From: Promineifilum sp.
Lineage (GTDB): Bacteria > Chloroflexota > Anaerolineae > Promineifilales > Promineifilaceae
Length of the DNA stretch: 64,000 bases
Assembly (NCBI GenBank): GCA_035446145.1
Contig: DAOMSB010000005.1
Location: 13,879-77,878, forward strand
Direction: 5' to 3'
A model generated the notes under the pieces. That model was not told where the DNA came from. It did not search any database and saw only the letters and a program-made list of their open reading frames with translations. Below, in pieces: positions 10,455 through 20,692 of the stretch (position 1 is the stretch's first letter; every line of letters starts with the position of its first letter). Made by a program: the position numbers and the translations under genes.

Positions 10455-11396
10455 TCAGGCGTTTTCTTTCAGGCTGCGGAAGCCTTCGCCGTATACTTCC
10501 TTGGCCTGGCCGATGATCACGAAGGCGTGGGGGTCAGCCTCATGGATAATGGCCTTGAGCATCACCGTGTCGGCGCGACTCACGGCGCACAGCAGGACAT
10601 GGCGTTCCGTGCCGGTATACATGCCGCGGCCGTTCCACTCTGTGACGCCGCGTTCCATATCGGCCAGAATACGATCGGCCACGGCTTGCGGTTCGGTGGT
10701 GATGATCGTTGCCACGCGCATGACGTTGGAGCCGTTGAGCGTCACCTCTACCAGCACGCCACCCACGTAGAGCGCGATGACGGCGTAGAGTGCTCGCTCC
10801 CAACCGAAGGCCAGCCCGGCCAAAAAGACGACGAGGCCGTCGGTGTAGAGGTAAGCCTGGGATAGCGGCGTGCCGAATTTGCGCTCCAGGATGCGGGCCA
10901 GAATGTCGGTTCCACCGCTGGTAGCTCGAGCGCGGAAGATCAAGCCGACGGCGACCCCGGCCGTCACGCCGCCATAGAGGGTGTTGAGAGTCAGGTCGTC
11001 GGTGATGACGACGGCGGGCCAAAGGAATTGCAGTCCGTCGAGAATAACCGCGAACGCGAACGAGGCGAAGACGGTCCGCGCCAAAAACCGATGGCCGCCG
11101 AGATAGAACCAGCCGAGGGCGAACAGCGGGATATTGAGGACGAACGACACCGTGCCGATGGGCCAACCGGTGAAATTGTTGATAAGTTGCGCCGTGCCGC
11201 TCAGCCCTCCGGCGACGAGTCGGTGAGGGATGAAGAAGAGATGCATGCTGATCGCCAGCAACACGCTGCCCAGGATGATGAGCAAATAATCGCGAATAAT
11301 TCGCCCGGCTGCTTCGTTCCGCCGTTTCACGCGCAATTGCCGCACCCGCTCCAGTGTCCGAAATTTCCAGCTACCGTTGTTTTGTGTTGTGGTCAT
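10455..11396 (-). CDS. YitT family membrane protein (with DUF2179)
   Basis: GGLSG, NIPLF, TSGGTDILA, ERGVT..GRGMYTG, DPHAFV motifs. Confidence 0.92.
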   Translation of the reverse strand: MTTTQNNGSWKFRTLERVRQLRVKRRNEAAGRIIRDYLLIILGSVLLAISMHLFFIPHRLVAGGLSGTAQLINNFTGWPIGTVSFVLNIPLFALGWFYLGGHRFLARTVFASFAFAVILDGLQFLWPAVVITDDLTLNTLYGGVTAGVAVGLIFRARATSGGTDILARILERKFGTPLSQAYLYTDGLVVFLAGLAFGWERALYAVIALYVGGVLVEVTLNGSNVMRVATIITTEPQAVADRILADMERGVTEWNGRGMYTGTERHVLLCAVSRADTVMLKAIIHEADPHAFVIIGQAKEVYGEGFRSLKENA

Positions 11397-12205
11397 TTGG
11401 TTAACAGCGGCGAGGCGATGTCAAATACAGCTCCGGCAAAATTGAGCAGCTTATCTTCGTCATCAACGGCCGCGTAGGGGAGCATTGCTCCCTGCCAGCC
11501 CTCGGTGTGCCAGACGGCCGCGCCGGGCAATTCGTGATTGAGCAGCTTGTCGCTGTCAAACGGCCACGGGCTGGAGTAGAAGTAGGAGCCGGCATCATCA
11601 TCGCCGGGATAGAAGCCGAGGTTGAGCTGGGCGGGCAGCTCCAGCGTCTTGTCACCCTCTTTGTAGCTCTCCACACGGGTGCCGAACCACTCCATCGAGA
11701 GGTCGAAGCCGTGGGGCCAAAGCTGCACCGGTCCCGCGTCGATGCCCAGCCGGGCGCGGTGTCGAGTGAATACGCGTTGGGCGCGGACGACGGCCGTGAA
11801 AAAGCGCCGGACGGCATCGGGATCATAAACACCCGGCCTGTCATCGGCGAAGCGAGAGCGGTCGACTTCGCCGGAGATACCCGCCTCGGTCGCCGCGGCC
11901 AGCACGCGCTCGCCCATACTGCTGCCGCTTAGACCGTCGTCCATCGGGATCGACCACGAGCGGCCGTCGCTGCCGATGAGCGAGATACAGGCGCGATGGA
12001 AATCCATCTGCCCGACCAGAATGCCGCCGCCGCCACAAGGAATGTTACCTGTGACAAGGCCAAGCGGTGTCACCTTGAGGCTGATGTGCCACCAGTTGGG
12101 GTGCGCCGGGGCATGGGCACGGGCCAGGCTGCTCAGCGCCTGGGCGTATAGCTGCAGCGTGCGGCGTGTTGGGCCGAAGCCGTCAAGAGAGGGAAATTGG
12201 GTCAA
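11393..12205 (-). CDS. DUF5996 family hypothetical protein
   Basis: NWWHISL..TPLGL, PVQLWPHGFDLS, GFYPGD, YFYSSPWP, W.GA.LPY motifs; TTG start. Confidence 0.65.
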   Translation of the reverse strand: MTQFPSLDGFGPTRRTLQLYAQALSSLARAHAPAHPNWWHISLKVTPLGLVTGNIPCGGGGILVGQMDFHRACISLIGSDGRSWSIPMDDGLSGSSMGERVLAAATEAGISGEVDRSRFADDRPGVYDPDAVRRFFTAVVRAQRVFTRHRARLGIDAGPVQLWPHGFDLSMEWFGTRVESYKEGDKTLELPAQLNLGFYPGDDDAGSYFYSSPWPFDSDKLLNHELPGAAVWHTEGWQGAMLPYAAVDDEDKLLNFAGAVFDIASPLLTK

Positions 12206-12263
12206 GTTGAAGCTCCCTTGGGCTTATGAGGCGCGAAACTATGCCTCAAAGGCCTGGAACGAC

Positions 12264-12845
12264 TCAAATCTGATCGAGATATTGCAACGCTGCTCCCACC
12301 CGTTCGTCGATGGCCGACACCTCGCGGGGGACGTGCTGCAGGGCGGATTGGGCTTCCACGATGCTGAACCCCAGTCCGGTCAGGATGTCGATTACGTCTG
12401 CGTCCACATCACTGACCAGCGGCAGCACCTCGGCCGCGCCGGTCAGGTCCAGCTTGTCGCGCAGATGAAACATGATGCGTTCAGCGGTCTTTTTGCCGAT
12501 ACCCGGTACGCGCTGAAGCACGGCCGTCTCCTCACGCATGATGGCACTTTTCAGCAGCTCGGGGCTGAGCGTGCCGAGGATCGCCAGAGCCACTTTCGGG
12601 CCAACGCCGTTGACATCGAGCAAGACCTCGAAGAGTTGCAGGTCTTCCTCGCTCTCGAAGCCGAAGAGGGAAAGGTTGTCCTCGCGGACTTGCAAATGGG
12701 TGTGCAGCGTCAGGCGGCGGCCGACACCCCCCACGTCTTCCAGCACCGTGCGAGGCACGAACACCCGCAGGCCAACGCCGCCCATATGGATGACGAGGCT
12801 GTTGGGTTCGATCTTCTGAACGGTTCCGCTGAGCGAGGCGATCAT
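12264..12845 (-). CDS. ruvA: Holliday junction branch migration protein RuvA
   Basis: MIASLSG, VREDNLSLFGF, VNGVGPKVAL, VPGIGKKTAERI. Confidence 0.97.
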   Translation of the reverse strand: MIASLSGTVQKIEPNSLVIHMGGVGLRVFVPRTVLEDVGGVGRRLTLHTHLQVREDNLSLFGFESEEDLQLFEVLLDVNGVGPKVALAILGTLSPELLKSAIMREETAVLQRVPGIGKKTAERIMFHLRDKLDLTGAAEVLPLVSDVDADVIDILTGLGFSIVEAQSALQHVPREVSAIDERVGAALQYLDQI

Positions 12846-12848
12846 GAG

Positions 12849-12880
12849 GAGTTACGAGTTACGAGCGACGAGTTACGAGT
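12849..12880. repeat. Heptamer tandem repeat (GAGTTAC)x4
   Basis: gagttac gagttac gagcgac gagttac gagt between ruvC and ruvA. Confidence 0.75.
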
Positions 12881-13379
12881 GCAAGCCGCTTCCATCTATC
12901 ACCATATCAAAGGCGACGTAGCGGGCGTGGGTGATGGCGACGGCGAGCGCATCGGCCGCGTCGTCGGGGCGAGGCGATTCTTCCAGATTCAGCAGGTGGC
13001 GCACCATGAGCTGCATCTGGGCTTTTTCGGCCTTGCCATAACCGGTGACGGCTTCCTTCACCTTTGGCGGGGAATACTCGCTCATCGGGATGGCAGCGTC
13101 GGCCAGCGCCAACAGCAATACGCCTCGCGCCTGCCCCACGGCGATGGCGGTGGTGATATTGCGACCGAAGAATAACTGTTCCACGGCTGCTCGATCCGGT
13201 CGATAGGTGGCGATCAATGTATTGAGTTGTCGAAAGATGGATTGCAACCGTCGCTCGAGCGGCTCGCCCGCGGCCGTCGCAATGACCCCGTACTCCACGA
13301 GCTTCAATTCGCCGGCTACGACGTCGATGATGCCGTAGCCGGTGGTGGCGGTGCCGGGGTCAAGGCCGAGGATGCGCAT
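12873..13379 (-). CDS. ruvC: Crossover junction endodeoxyribonuclease RuvC
   Basis: [31 protein letters not shown]. Confidence 0.97.
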   Translation of the reverse strand: MRILGLDPGTATTGYGIIDVVAGELKLVEYGVIATAAGEPLERRLQSIFRQLNTLIATYRPDRAAVEQLFFGRNITTAIAVGQARGVLLLALADAAIPMSEYSPPKVKEAVTGYGKAEKAQMQLMVRHLLNLEESPRPDDAADALAVAITHARYVAFDMVIDGSGLHS

Positions 13380-13402
13380 GGATAATTCAAAACCTCAGCA
13401 GG

Positions 13403-14152
13403 TTAAGCGGCTTCCATTGCCGCCAGAACTTCGTCGCTCATCTCCAGGGCCGAATAGACGTTCTGAACGTCGTCGAGGTCTTCGATCTTCTCGATGAGAT
13501 TCAGCACCTGCATTGAGGCAGATTGGCTCAGTTCGATGCGATTGGCCGGATCGTAGATGAGCGAGAAATCATCCATCTTGTAGCCGGCGGCCTCCAGCGC
13601 TTCCTGGACGGCGCGGAAGGACTCCAGCTCACAATAGATCTCGGTGATGTCGTCGTTGAACTGGATGTCATCGGCTCCGGCTTCGGCCGCGACCATGAAC
13701 AACTCATCCTGATCCACCCGATCGATGATGCTGATGTAGCCCTTACGCTTGAACTGCCAGGACACCGCTCCGGCTTCGGCCATGCTGCCGCCATATTTGC
13801 TGACGGCGTGGCGCACGTCGGCGATGGCGCGATTGCGATTGTCGGTCACGACCTCGATGAGGATGCCGACGCTATGTGGCCCGTAGGCCTCATAGACGAT
13901 ATCGACTAGCTCGCCGCCCTCGATCTCGCCGGTGCCGCGCTTGATAGCCTTCTCGATGTTGTCCTTGGGCATGTTGGCTTCCTTGGCCTTGGCCACAGCC
14001 AGCCGCAGTCCCGTATTGGACGACGGATCGCCGCCACCTTCGCGCGCGGCGATGGTGATCTCTTTGGCGATTCGGGTGAAGACCTTGCCGCGCTTCGCGT
14101 CACTGGCGGCCTTCTTGTGTTTAATGGTGGACCATTTTGAATGTCCTGACAT
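13403..14152 (-). CDS. yebC: YebC/PmpR family protein
   Basis: MSGHSKWSTIKHKK, TDNRNR, DDVQNVY. Confidence 0.95.
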   Translation of the reverse strand: MSGHSKWSTIKHKKAASDAKRGKVFTRIAKEITIAAREGGGDPSSNTGLRLAVAKAKEANMPKDNIEKAIKRGTGEIEGGELVDIVYEAYGPHSVGILIEVVTDNRNRAIADVRHAVSKYGGSMAEAGAVSWQFKRKGYISIIDRVDQDELFMVAAEAGADDIQFNDDITEIYCELESFRAVQEALEAAGYKMDDFSLIYDPANRIELSQSASMQVLNLIEKIEDLDDVQNVYSALEMSDEVLAAMEAA

Positions 14153-14325
14153 CGGTTGTCTCCATGATAAGGGTGCCCCGGGCGGTGCCGCGGGAAACGG
14201 CCGCCGCGCCGGGCGGCCGAGGGTTTCGATTAAATAGCGAGTGAATTATAACATGGAATGGGCAAGTTGGGGAGTTGCCCATTGAGAGTTTGATAAGTTG
14301 ATGATGTGCCGGCCAGAGGCGAAGG

Positions 14326-15684
14326 TCAGCGGACAGGCAGATCTGAACTGATCGGCTCCGTGCCGGGCCACATAATCGGGAGCATCTCCGGCGCGTATCG
14401 TCTGGCCATGTCATCGCTGATGCTGTAACTACGACAAATCTCCTGATAGAGATAGGCGCTTGGCCGCCATGACCGCTCTTGGGTGATCGGGTCAACTTCA
14501 ATCAATCCAAACTTCTGCGTCCAACCGCGATCCCACTCCAAGTTGTCGACTAATGACCAATGGTAATAACCCATCACCGGATAGCAAAAGTTGACCGCGT
14601 ACCAGATTTGCTGGAGATGGCTCAGCAGGAACCCCGGCCGGATTCGATCGACTGCGTCCGGCACGCCGTTTTCCGTCACGTAAACAGGCTTGCCGTACCG
14701 TTTCCAGACACGGTTGAGCATGATGAACAGGCCACGCGGATAAATCTCTCCATACTGCCCATCACTGACGATGGCGTCCGGCCCCCATTCACGATCCACG
14801 AATCCCGGTGGCGGTGGGAACCGCAGGTAGAAGCGGGTGTAGTAATTGATACCGACAAAGTCATATGTGCCGGCCAGATGTTTGATGCGCTTGCTGCCGA
14901 TGATCCCGTGATAGCGTCCGGTATGGAGCGCGTCTTGCCAGCTATCGTTGTAGAGCCGGTCGATTCGATTGACCCAAAAGCGATCGATGGCGCTGCCCCC
15001 GGCGCGTGGCTCAAAGACTTGCATATTATTGGCTGTGCCTACCAGTGCATCCGGCCGGCTTTCCTTGATGGTGTGATAAGCGGCCGCGTGGCAACGCAGC
15101 ATGTTGTGAATTGCCTCAAATAATGCCCCAATGCCGGTCCGCTTCCCGCTCGGGAACTCATGGTTCAGGTAGCGCAGGACGCCATAGGTGATCGGCTCAT
15201 TGATGGTGACCCATTTGGGGATGAGATCGCCCAATTCGGCGACGACTTTGGCCACGTAACGCCGGAAGTAGTCGACGACGATTTCGCTATTGAAGTCGCC
15301 CTTTTCAACCAGCCATATCGGATTGCTGAAATGGTGCAGCGTTACCATCGGCTCCAGGCCGCGATCGTGGCAGGCCTGCAGGATAGCACGATAGCGGGCG
15401 ATCGCTTCCGGGTCGAAGACGCTGGGCTCCGGCTCAATGCGACTCCACTCAAGCGACATCCTGTGGGCGTTGTTGCCCATTTCGGCGGCGATATCGAGAT
15501 AGGCTTCGGCGTTGTTCCACCAGTCGCAAGCTTGCCCGCAACCCAGATCGCCCTTGATCCGCGTTGGGTCGGCCGCTTCCCAAGCGTACCAATCGCTATT
15601 CGTGTTATTGCCTTCGACCTGATAGGAAGATGTGGCGGTGCCCCATAAAAAGTCCGGTGGAAAACTCATCGTCGCGTGTGCCAT
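14326..15684 (-). CDS. Glycoside hydrolase family 1 (beta-glucosidase-like)
   Basis: FPPDFLWGTATSSYQVEG, TINEP, VTENG, WSLVDNLEW; start placed at MAHAT (15684), 7 nt after a perfect TATAAT. Confidence 0.92.
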   Translation of the reverse strand: MAHATMSFPPDFLWGTATSSYQVEGNNTNSDWYAWEAADPTRIKGDLGCGQACDWWNNAEAYLDIAAEMGNNAHRMSLEWSRIEPEPSVFDPEAIARYRAILQACHDRGLEPMVTLHHFSNPIWLVEKGDFNSEIVVDYFRRYVAKVVAELGDLIPKWVTINEPITYGVLRYLNHEFPSGKRTGIGALFEAIHNMLRCHAAAYHTIKESRPDALVGTANNMQVFEPRAGGSAIDRFWVNRIDRLYNDSWQDALHTGRYHGIIGSKRIKHLAGTYDFVGINYYTRFYLRFPPPPGFVDREWGPDAIVSDGQYGEIYPRGLFIMLNRVWKRYGKPVYVTENGVPDAVDRIRPGFLLSHLQQIWYAVNFCYPVMGYYHWSLVDNLEWDRGWTQKFGLIEVDPITQERSWRPSAYLYQEICRSYSISDDMARRYAPEMLPIMWPGTEPISSDLPVR

Positions 15685-15794
15685 AGGTTCCATTATAGCG
15701 GAGCATGCCGAAGAAGGGGAATGAGGGCAATGAGCCGGAGAGTTGCGCCGTGGATATACTCGCCCATCTATTGCCCTATGAAGCCGCGATCGGC

Positions 15795-15822
15795 TTGCAT
15801 CCGCTTCCCATCCGTCTATACT
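15795..15822 (+). promoter_or_regulatory. Sigma70-type promoter for the V4R/YfhO-flippase/GT39 operon
   Basis: TTGCAT-16 nt-TATACT. Confidence 0.55.
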
Positions 15823-15873
15823 TGGCTTCCGTTCGGCCCTGTGCCGGCAGCCTGTCACGCCCGGATATTTGTT

Positions 15874-16509
15874 GTGAAAAACATCGTTCCCCTCAGCGGC
15901 TATTATTTGTGTAACCGGCTTGGCCGCGTGTATATCGACTCGTTGGAAGAGACGATCGGCCGCAACGGGAAAAATGCCTTGCTGAACCTGACCGGGTGCG
16001 GCGCGTTTATTGATACCCCGCCATCCGATGATTTGGCGTTGGGCTTCGATATGGCTGTGGTCTCCAACCTTAATCGGGCCATGGAAGTTATCTATGGGCC
16101 ACGGGGTGCTCGGGGGCTGGCCTTGCGCAGTGGCCGGGCCATGTACGATCGCCTTGCCGACGCTTTTGATATTCCGATTGGATTTAATGAGCTGGCCTTC
16201 CGTCTGTTGCCGTTGCAGACTCGCCTCAAGATTGGTGTGCCTGCGCTGGCGCGGGTCTTCACCCAACACAGCGACCAGACCCATCGCGTGGCCGACCACG
16301 GAACCTATTTCGACTACATTGTAGAGCGTTGCGCGGTTTGTTGGGGGCAGGAAACCAAAACGCCATTATGCCATTTGATCGTGGGTTTGCTCCAGGAAGC
16401 GTTGAGCGCGTTTAGCCGTGGACAGGAGTTCCGCGTGACACAGACCGAATGTCGGGCGGTTGGCGCGGCGGCGTGCGTCTTCCGCATCGAAAAAGAACCC
16501 ATTGTATGA
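15874..16509 (+). CDS. V4R (4-vinyl reductase) domain protein
   Basis: YIDSLEETIGRNG, YGPRGARGLALRSGRA, CAVCWG..PLCH..G.LQE, ECRAVGAAACVF; GTG start uncertain. Confidence 0.8.
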   Translation: MKNIVPLSGYYLCNRLGRVYIDSLEETIGRNGKNALLNLTGCGAFIDTPPSDDLALGFDMAVVSNLNRAMEVIYGPRGARGLALRSGRAMYDRLADAFDIPIGFNELAFRLLPLQTRLKIGVPALARVFTQHSDQTHRVADHGTYFDYIVERCAVCWGQETKTPLCHLIVGLLQEALSAFSRGQEFRVTQTECRAVGAAACVFRIEKEPIV

Positions 16510-19500
16510 TCCGTGATCGCCTTCGCGCCCTCCGGCCGGACATCGCCATCGCTCTGGCTTATCTGATCCTGCCGTTGCTTCTTTATGCGGGAGTCACGAT
16601 TGGCCCGCGAACGATGCTCCCGGCCGATAATCTGTTTCAATGGCCCCCCTGGCGCGAGGCCGCGGCCGAATTTGACGCGACGATTCCCCACAATGCGCTC
16701 ATCGGCGATCTCATCATCCAGAATTACGCCTGGAAGCGATTTGTGCTGACGAGCCTCAAAGGGGGCGAGATACCCCTATGGAACCCTTATTTGTTTGCCG
16801 GAGCGCCTTTTCTGGCCAATGGCCAACACGCTGCGCTCTACCCGTTCAGCCTGTTGTTTCTCGTTATTCCACTGGCCAAGGCCTATGGCTGGTTTGCGTT
16901 GAGTCAGGTATGGCTGGCGGGCATCAGCATGTATCTGTTCAGCCGAATCCTCGGTCTGCGGCGAGGAAGCGCGGCGCTGGCGGGCTTTGTCTATCAAGGC
17001 GCGCAGTTCCTGATCATCAGCGCGGCCGTCTTCCCAATGATCGCCGCGGCCGTGGTTTGGCTGCCGCTTCTGTTAGGCTGTATTGAGCGGGTCATTACCA
17101 CACTCTTCGGCTTGTCGGAACGCCATCATCGCGTCGTGTTATGGGCGGCCGCGGGTAGCATCGCTCTGGGATGTCAGATTCTTGCCGGGCATGCCGAGTT
17201 CACCTATTACACCCTGCTCGTCATGGGTCTATACGCTTTGTGGCGTGTGGGAACGCAAGCCTGGATCGCCCGTGATGAATCGCGAGTGGCGAACCGGGAG
17301 TCGGGCGTAGCCACGTCCGATATCTCGCTTGTCGTCCGGCGCTCGTCCCTGGCTTTTCTCTGGCTCGCCGCCATGGTCGGCACGGGCCTGCTCATTGGCG
17401 CGATCCAGCTAGTGCCGCTGTTTGAAGTAGGGCGGATTAATTTTCGGGCCGGTTCCGCGTCATTCGAAGAGGTACGGAGTTGGGCCTACCCGCCGCGCAA
17501 CGCCATCACATTTCTGCTGCCCGATTTCTTCGGCAATCCGACCGATCACGCCGTCCGCGATCCTTTCTCCGGCGAGCTGGTTCCGCTTGAACGGAACTCC
17601 TTCGGCGAGCTAAATCCCTACGGCGCATTTACGACGAGTTGGGGGACGAAGAACTACGTTGAGGGGGCGGCCTACATGGGCATCCTGCCTTTGCTGCTGG
17701 CAGGCCTGGGTGTTTGGGCGCTGTTTCGCCGGCGCGGACTCTCAGCACTCCAGCGCGCGCGGATGTGGTTTTTTGCCGGGCTGTCGTTTTTTTCTCTGGC
17801 TTTTATCTTTGGCACACCTCTCTACGCTCTGCTTTTCTATGGGTTGCCATTCATCAATCAACTCCATACACCCTTTCGGTGGGTTTTTCCGCTGGCGCTG
17901 TCGGTGTCGGTGTTGGCCGGTTTTGGCGCGGAGCGTTTGCCAGGGGCCGAGATAAGCGCAGGGGAGCAGGGGATCAGGGGAGCAGGGGAATCTGCCCGTT
18001 CCGAATGGCGATCGCAATGGCGCCCACAGGGGTTTGCTTTGGTTCCGTTGTTATTAGGTGGCGCTGTCCTGATCGGAACTATGGCGAGTTGGCTGTTCCA
18101 TGATGCGTTTCGGCCGCTAATCGAGCGGTTGTTCCTGGGGTTGGCCGGCGCGACTTATGCTTTCCCGTCGGCCGAAATCTTCTACGGATACCTGTTTTGG
18201 CAATTGCTGGCGTTTGGGGGGCTGCTCCTGGCGTCGGGGGTTGTCCTTCTTTTGGCGCGCCGCACGCGCTATTGGATTGTCGCGGCTTGCGGGTTAATCG
18301 TTCTGGACCTTTTTTTCGCCAGTCTGGGATTCAACGCCGCCACCGATCCGGCGCTGCTGGATTACACGCCGGCCGCTGTCCGTTGGCTCAAGGAGCAGCC
18401 CGGCGAATGGCGGCTGACGACCTATGATACGATTGGGGCGGGCACACTCAACGCCAACACTCCCTGGCACCACGATCTGATGGACATTCGCGGCTACGAT
18501 TCCATCATCCCCAAACAATACACCGATTACATGGTCGCCATTGAGCCGCAAAACGGGCTTCAGTTCAATCGCATTCAGCCTCTTGGCTCCCCGACGGCCG
18601 TCGAGTCGCCCTTGCTGGACGCGCTGGCTGTGAAGTACATCGTTTCGGCCGAGACATTGGACTTGCCCAAGCTCCGGCCGGTGTGGGCGGGCGAGGGCGT
18701 GACTATCTACGAAAATCTGGCCGTCGTGCCGCGCGCCTTTGCGCTGCCCGCCACGGCTGAAGTCCACGTCCCCGACGCTCTGGATTCCCTATCACAATAC
18801 GATCCGCGCTACTATGTTGTGGTGGAGTCGGACACGCCTCTCCCAGCTGCGGCCGAGCCTGGCGTCCCCCTGCCGGCGTCGATCGCCAACGCGTCGAACA
18901 ATGAAATCATCGCGACAGTTCAGGTCGCCGAGCCGTCGTGGCTGATCCTGAGCGACTCCTATTTCTCCGGTTGGCGCGCCTACGTGCGGCCGGCCGGCGC
19001 GGCCGACGATGCCGAAAGCGAAGTGGAGATCGTCCGGGTGAACGCCAATTTCCGCGGCGTGCGGCTGGAACCGGGCGAGTGGACGGTTCGTTATCGCTAC
19101 AGCCCGCGCAGCTTCCAGCTTGGTGGCCTTATGTCGTTCATGGGCGGCATCCTGATTCTGTTCGCCGCCGGCGTATGGGGATGGCGTCGTTTCTATCGCC
19201 CTGAATCGACCACTTCAACGACGCGCAGCGTCGCCAAGAACAGCGCCGCGCCGATGGTTTTGAACCTGTTTAACAAGGCCATTGACTTCGTGTTCGCGGC
19301 GTTTTACCTGCGCTTGCTTGGCCCGGCCGACGCAGGCAGCTTTGCCACGGCCATAGCGACGGCCGGCATCTTCGAGATCGTGGCCAACTATGGCCTCAAT
19401 ATCCTGCTTATTCGCGATGTCTCTCAGGATCGCAGTCTGGCCGGCCGCTTCCTGCTGAATTCCAGTGTGCTGCGGATATTCACGGCTCTGATCGGTGCGC

Positions 19501-20690
19501 TGCCGATCGCAGCCTATATGTTCGTCGCGTCACAGGGGACGAACCCGCTCTCCTCGGCCGAGACCACCGCCATCATTTTCATGATGATCGGCATGGTGCT
19601 CTCCGGCATGGCGCTGGGCGTTTCCGGTCTGTTCTACGTCTATGAAGAGGCCGAGGTGCCCGCGGCGATGTCGACCGTGACGACGATTCTGAAGGTTGGG
19701 TTGGGAGTGGTTGTGCTGTTGGCCGGATACAGTTTCGTGGGGCTGGCCGGGGTGTCGATCGTCGTTAATCTGATCACGCTGGTTTTGTTGGCCATCCTGG
19801 CGGCGCGGCGATTTGATCTCCACGGTCCATGGACACTTGACGGCACAATGATCCGCGGAATGGTGCGGCTCGGCTTCCCGCTGATGTTGATCCATCTCCT
19901 GCAAACGATCTTCATCTCCATCGACGTCTTGTTGCTCAGACAACTGTTGCCGGATGGTGAGAAGGTCGTCGGCTGGTACAACGTCGCCTGGAAATGGTTC
20001 AACGCGCTACAGATCATCCCGTCCTACTTCACCTTGGCTTTGTTCCCCATCGTTTCGCGGGCGATCAAGGAGAATATGGAGTCGGCGCGGCGCATGTACC
20101 GGATGTCGCTCAAGCTCATGCTGTTGCTGGCCTTACCGATTGCTGCGCTGACGACATTCGCCGCGCCCGCACTGGTCGGCTTGCTCGGCGGCTCGGAGTT
20201 CCTGCCTCAGGGCGCGGTAGCCCTGCAAGTCGTCATCTGGTCGATCCCGTTTGGCTGGCTCAATAGCGTCACCAATTATGTGCTGATCGCCCTGGGCATG
20301 GAGCGCGTGCAGCCGCGGGCATTCGCAATCGCCGTCGGGTTTAACGTCGTGTTCAATTGGCTGCTCATCCCTCGCTATAGCTTTGTCGCTGCCGGCATCA
20401 TCACCGTCCTGTCCGAGTTGGTCTTGCTGGCGATATTCGCCTACTTCCTGCGCCGGCGCGGCGCGGGAATCGATTGGCTCCGTCTCATCGCCCGTCCCGT
20501 GTTCCTGACCCTTGCCATGCTCGGTGTCATGTGGCTGGGCAATCAATTGCATTTGATCGCCGCGCTCGTGTTGGGCGTTGCGGTTTATGCGATCGGGCTG
20601 GTCGTATTGCATATCATTGAGCCAAGAGAACGCGAGGCCATCAAGGCGATATTGCCCGGTGCGCTCACTCGCCGGCTGGGGTGGGTTTGA
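16506..20690 (+). CDS. YfhO-family (GT-C-like) protein fused to a Wzx-type oligosaccharide flippase
   Basis: PLWNPYLFAGAPFLAN and LSDSYFSGW..NANFRGV.L.PG...V.YRY.P (YfhO), then VAKNS..LFNK..YLRLLGP..G and VGWYNVA (flippase); ATGA overlap with the V4R stop. Confidence 0.8.
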   Translation: MIRDRLRALRPDIAIALAYLILPLLLYAGVTIGPRTMLPADNLFQWPPWREAAAEFDATIPHNALIGDLIIQNYAWKRFVLTSLKGGEIPLWNPYLFAGAPFLANGQHAALYPFSLLFLVIPLAKAYGWFALSQVWLAGISMYLFSRILGLRRGSAALAGFVYQGAQFLIISAAVFPMIAAAVVWLPLLLGCIERVITTLFGLSERHHRVVLWAAAGSIALGCQILAGHAEFTYYTLLVMGLYALWRVGTQAWIARDESRVANRESGVATSDISLVVRRSSLAFLWLAAMVGTGLLIGAIQLVPLFEVGRINFRAGSASFEEVRSWAYPPRNAITFLLPDFFGNPTDHAVRDPFSGELVPLERNSFGELNPYGAFTTSWGTKNYVEGAAYMGILPLLLAGLGVWALFRRRGLSALQRARMWFFAGLSFFSLAFIFGTPLYALLFYGLPFINQLHTPFRWVFPLALSVSVLAGFGAERLPGAEISAGEQGIRGAGESARSEWRSQWRPQGFALVPLLLGGAVLIGTMASWLFHDAFRPLIERLFLGLAGATYAFPSAEIFYGYLFWQLLAFGGLLLASGVVLLLARRTRYWIVAACGLIVLDLFFASLGFNAATDPALLDYTPAAVRWLKEQPGEWRLTTYDTIGAGTLNANTPWHHDLMDIRGYDSIIPKQYTDYMVAIEPQNGLQFNRIQPLGSPTAVESPLLDALAVKYIVSAETLDLPKLRPVWAGEGVTIYENLAVVPRAFALPATAEVHVPDALDSLSQYDPRYYVVVESDTPLPAAAEPGVPLPASIANASNNEIIATVQVAEPSWLILSDSYFSGWRAYVRPAGAADDAESEVEIVRVNANFRGVRLEPGEWTVRYRYSPRSFQLGGLMSFMGGILILFAAGVWGWRRFYRPESTTSTTRSVAKNSAAPMVLNLFNKAIDFVFAAFYLRLLGPADAGSFATAIATAGIFEIVANYGLNILLIRDVSQDRSLAGRFLLNSSVLRIFTALIGALPIAAYMFVASQGTNPLSSAETTAIIFMMIGMVLSGMALGVSGLFYVYEEAEVPAAMSTVTTILKVGLGVVVLLAGYSFVGLAGVSIVVNLITLVLLAILAARRFDLHGPWTLDGTMIRGMVRLGFPLMLIHLLQTIFISIDVLLLRQLLPDGEKVVGWYNVAWKWFNALQIIPSYFTLALFPIVSRAIKENMESARRMYRMSLKLMLLLALPIAALTTFAAPALVGLLGGSEFLPQGAVALQVVIWSIPFGWLNSVTNYVLIALGMERVQPRAFAIAVGFNVVFNWLLIPRYSFVAAGIITVLSELVLLAIFAYFLRRRGAGIDWLRLIARPVFLTLAMLGVMWLGNQLHLIAALVLGVAVYAIGLVVLHIIEPREREAIKAILPGALTRRLGWV

Positions 20691-20692
20691 CG

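Noticed and set aside
11976-13175. 399-aa plus-strand ORF
   Set aside because: Antisense to ruvA/ruvC; typical stop-poor shadow frame in GC-rich DNA with no motifs
14160-14250. GC-rich structured 5' UTR of yebC as a regulatory RNA
   Set aside because: Pairing potential is explained by high GC; no recognisable motif or terminator
15685-16299. 200-aa N-terminal extension of the GH1 ORF
   Set aside because: It is the antisense shadow of the V4R gene; GH1 similarity begins at MSFPPDF and a TATAAT sits just before ATG 15684
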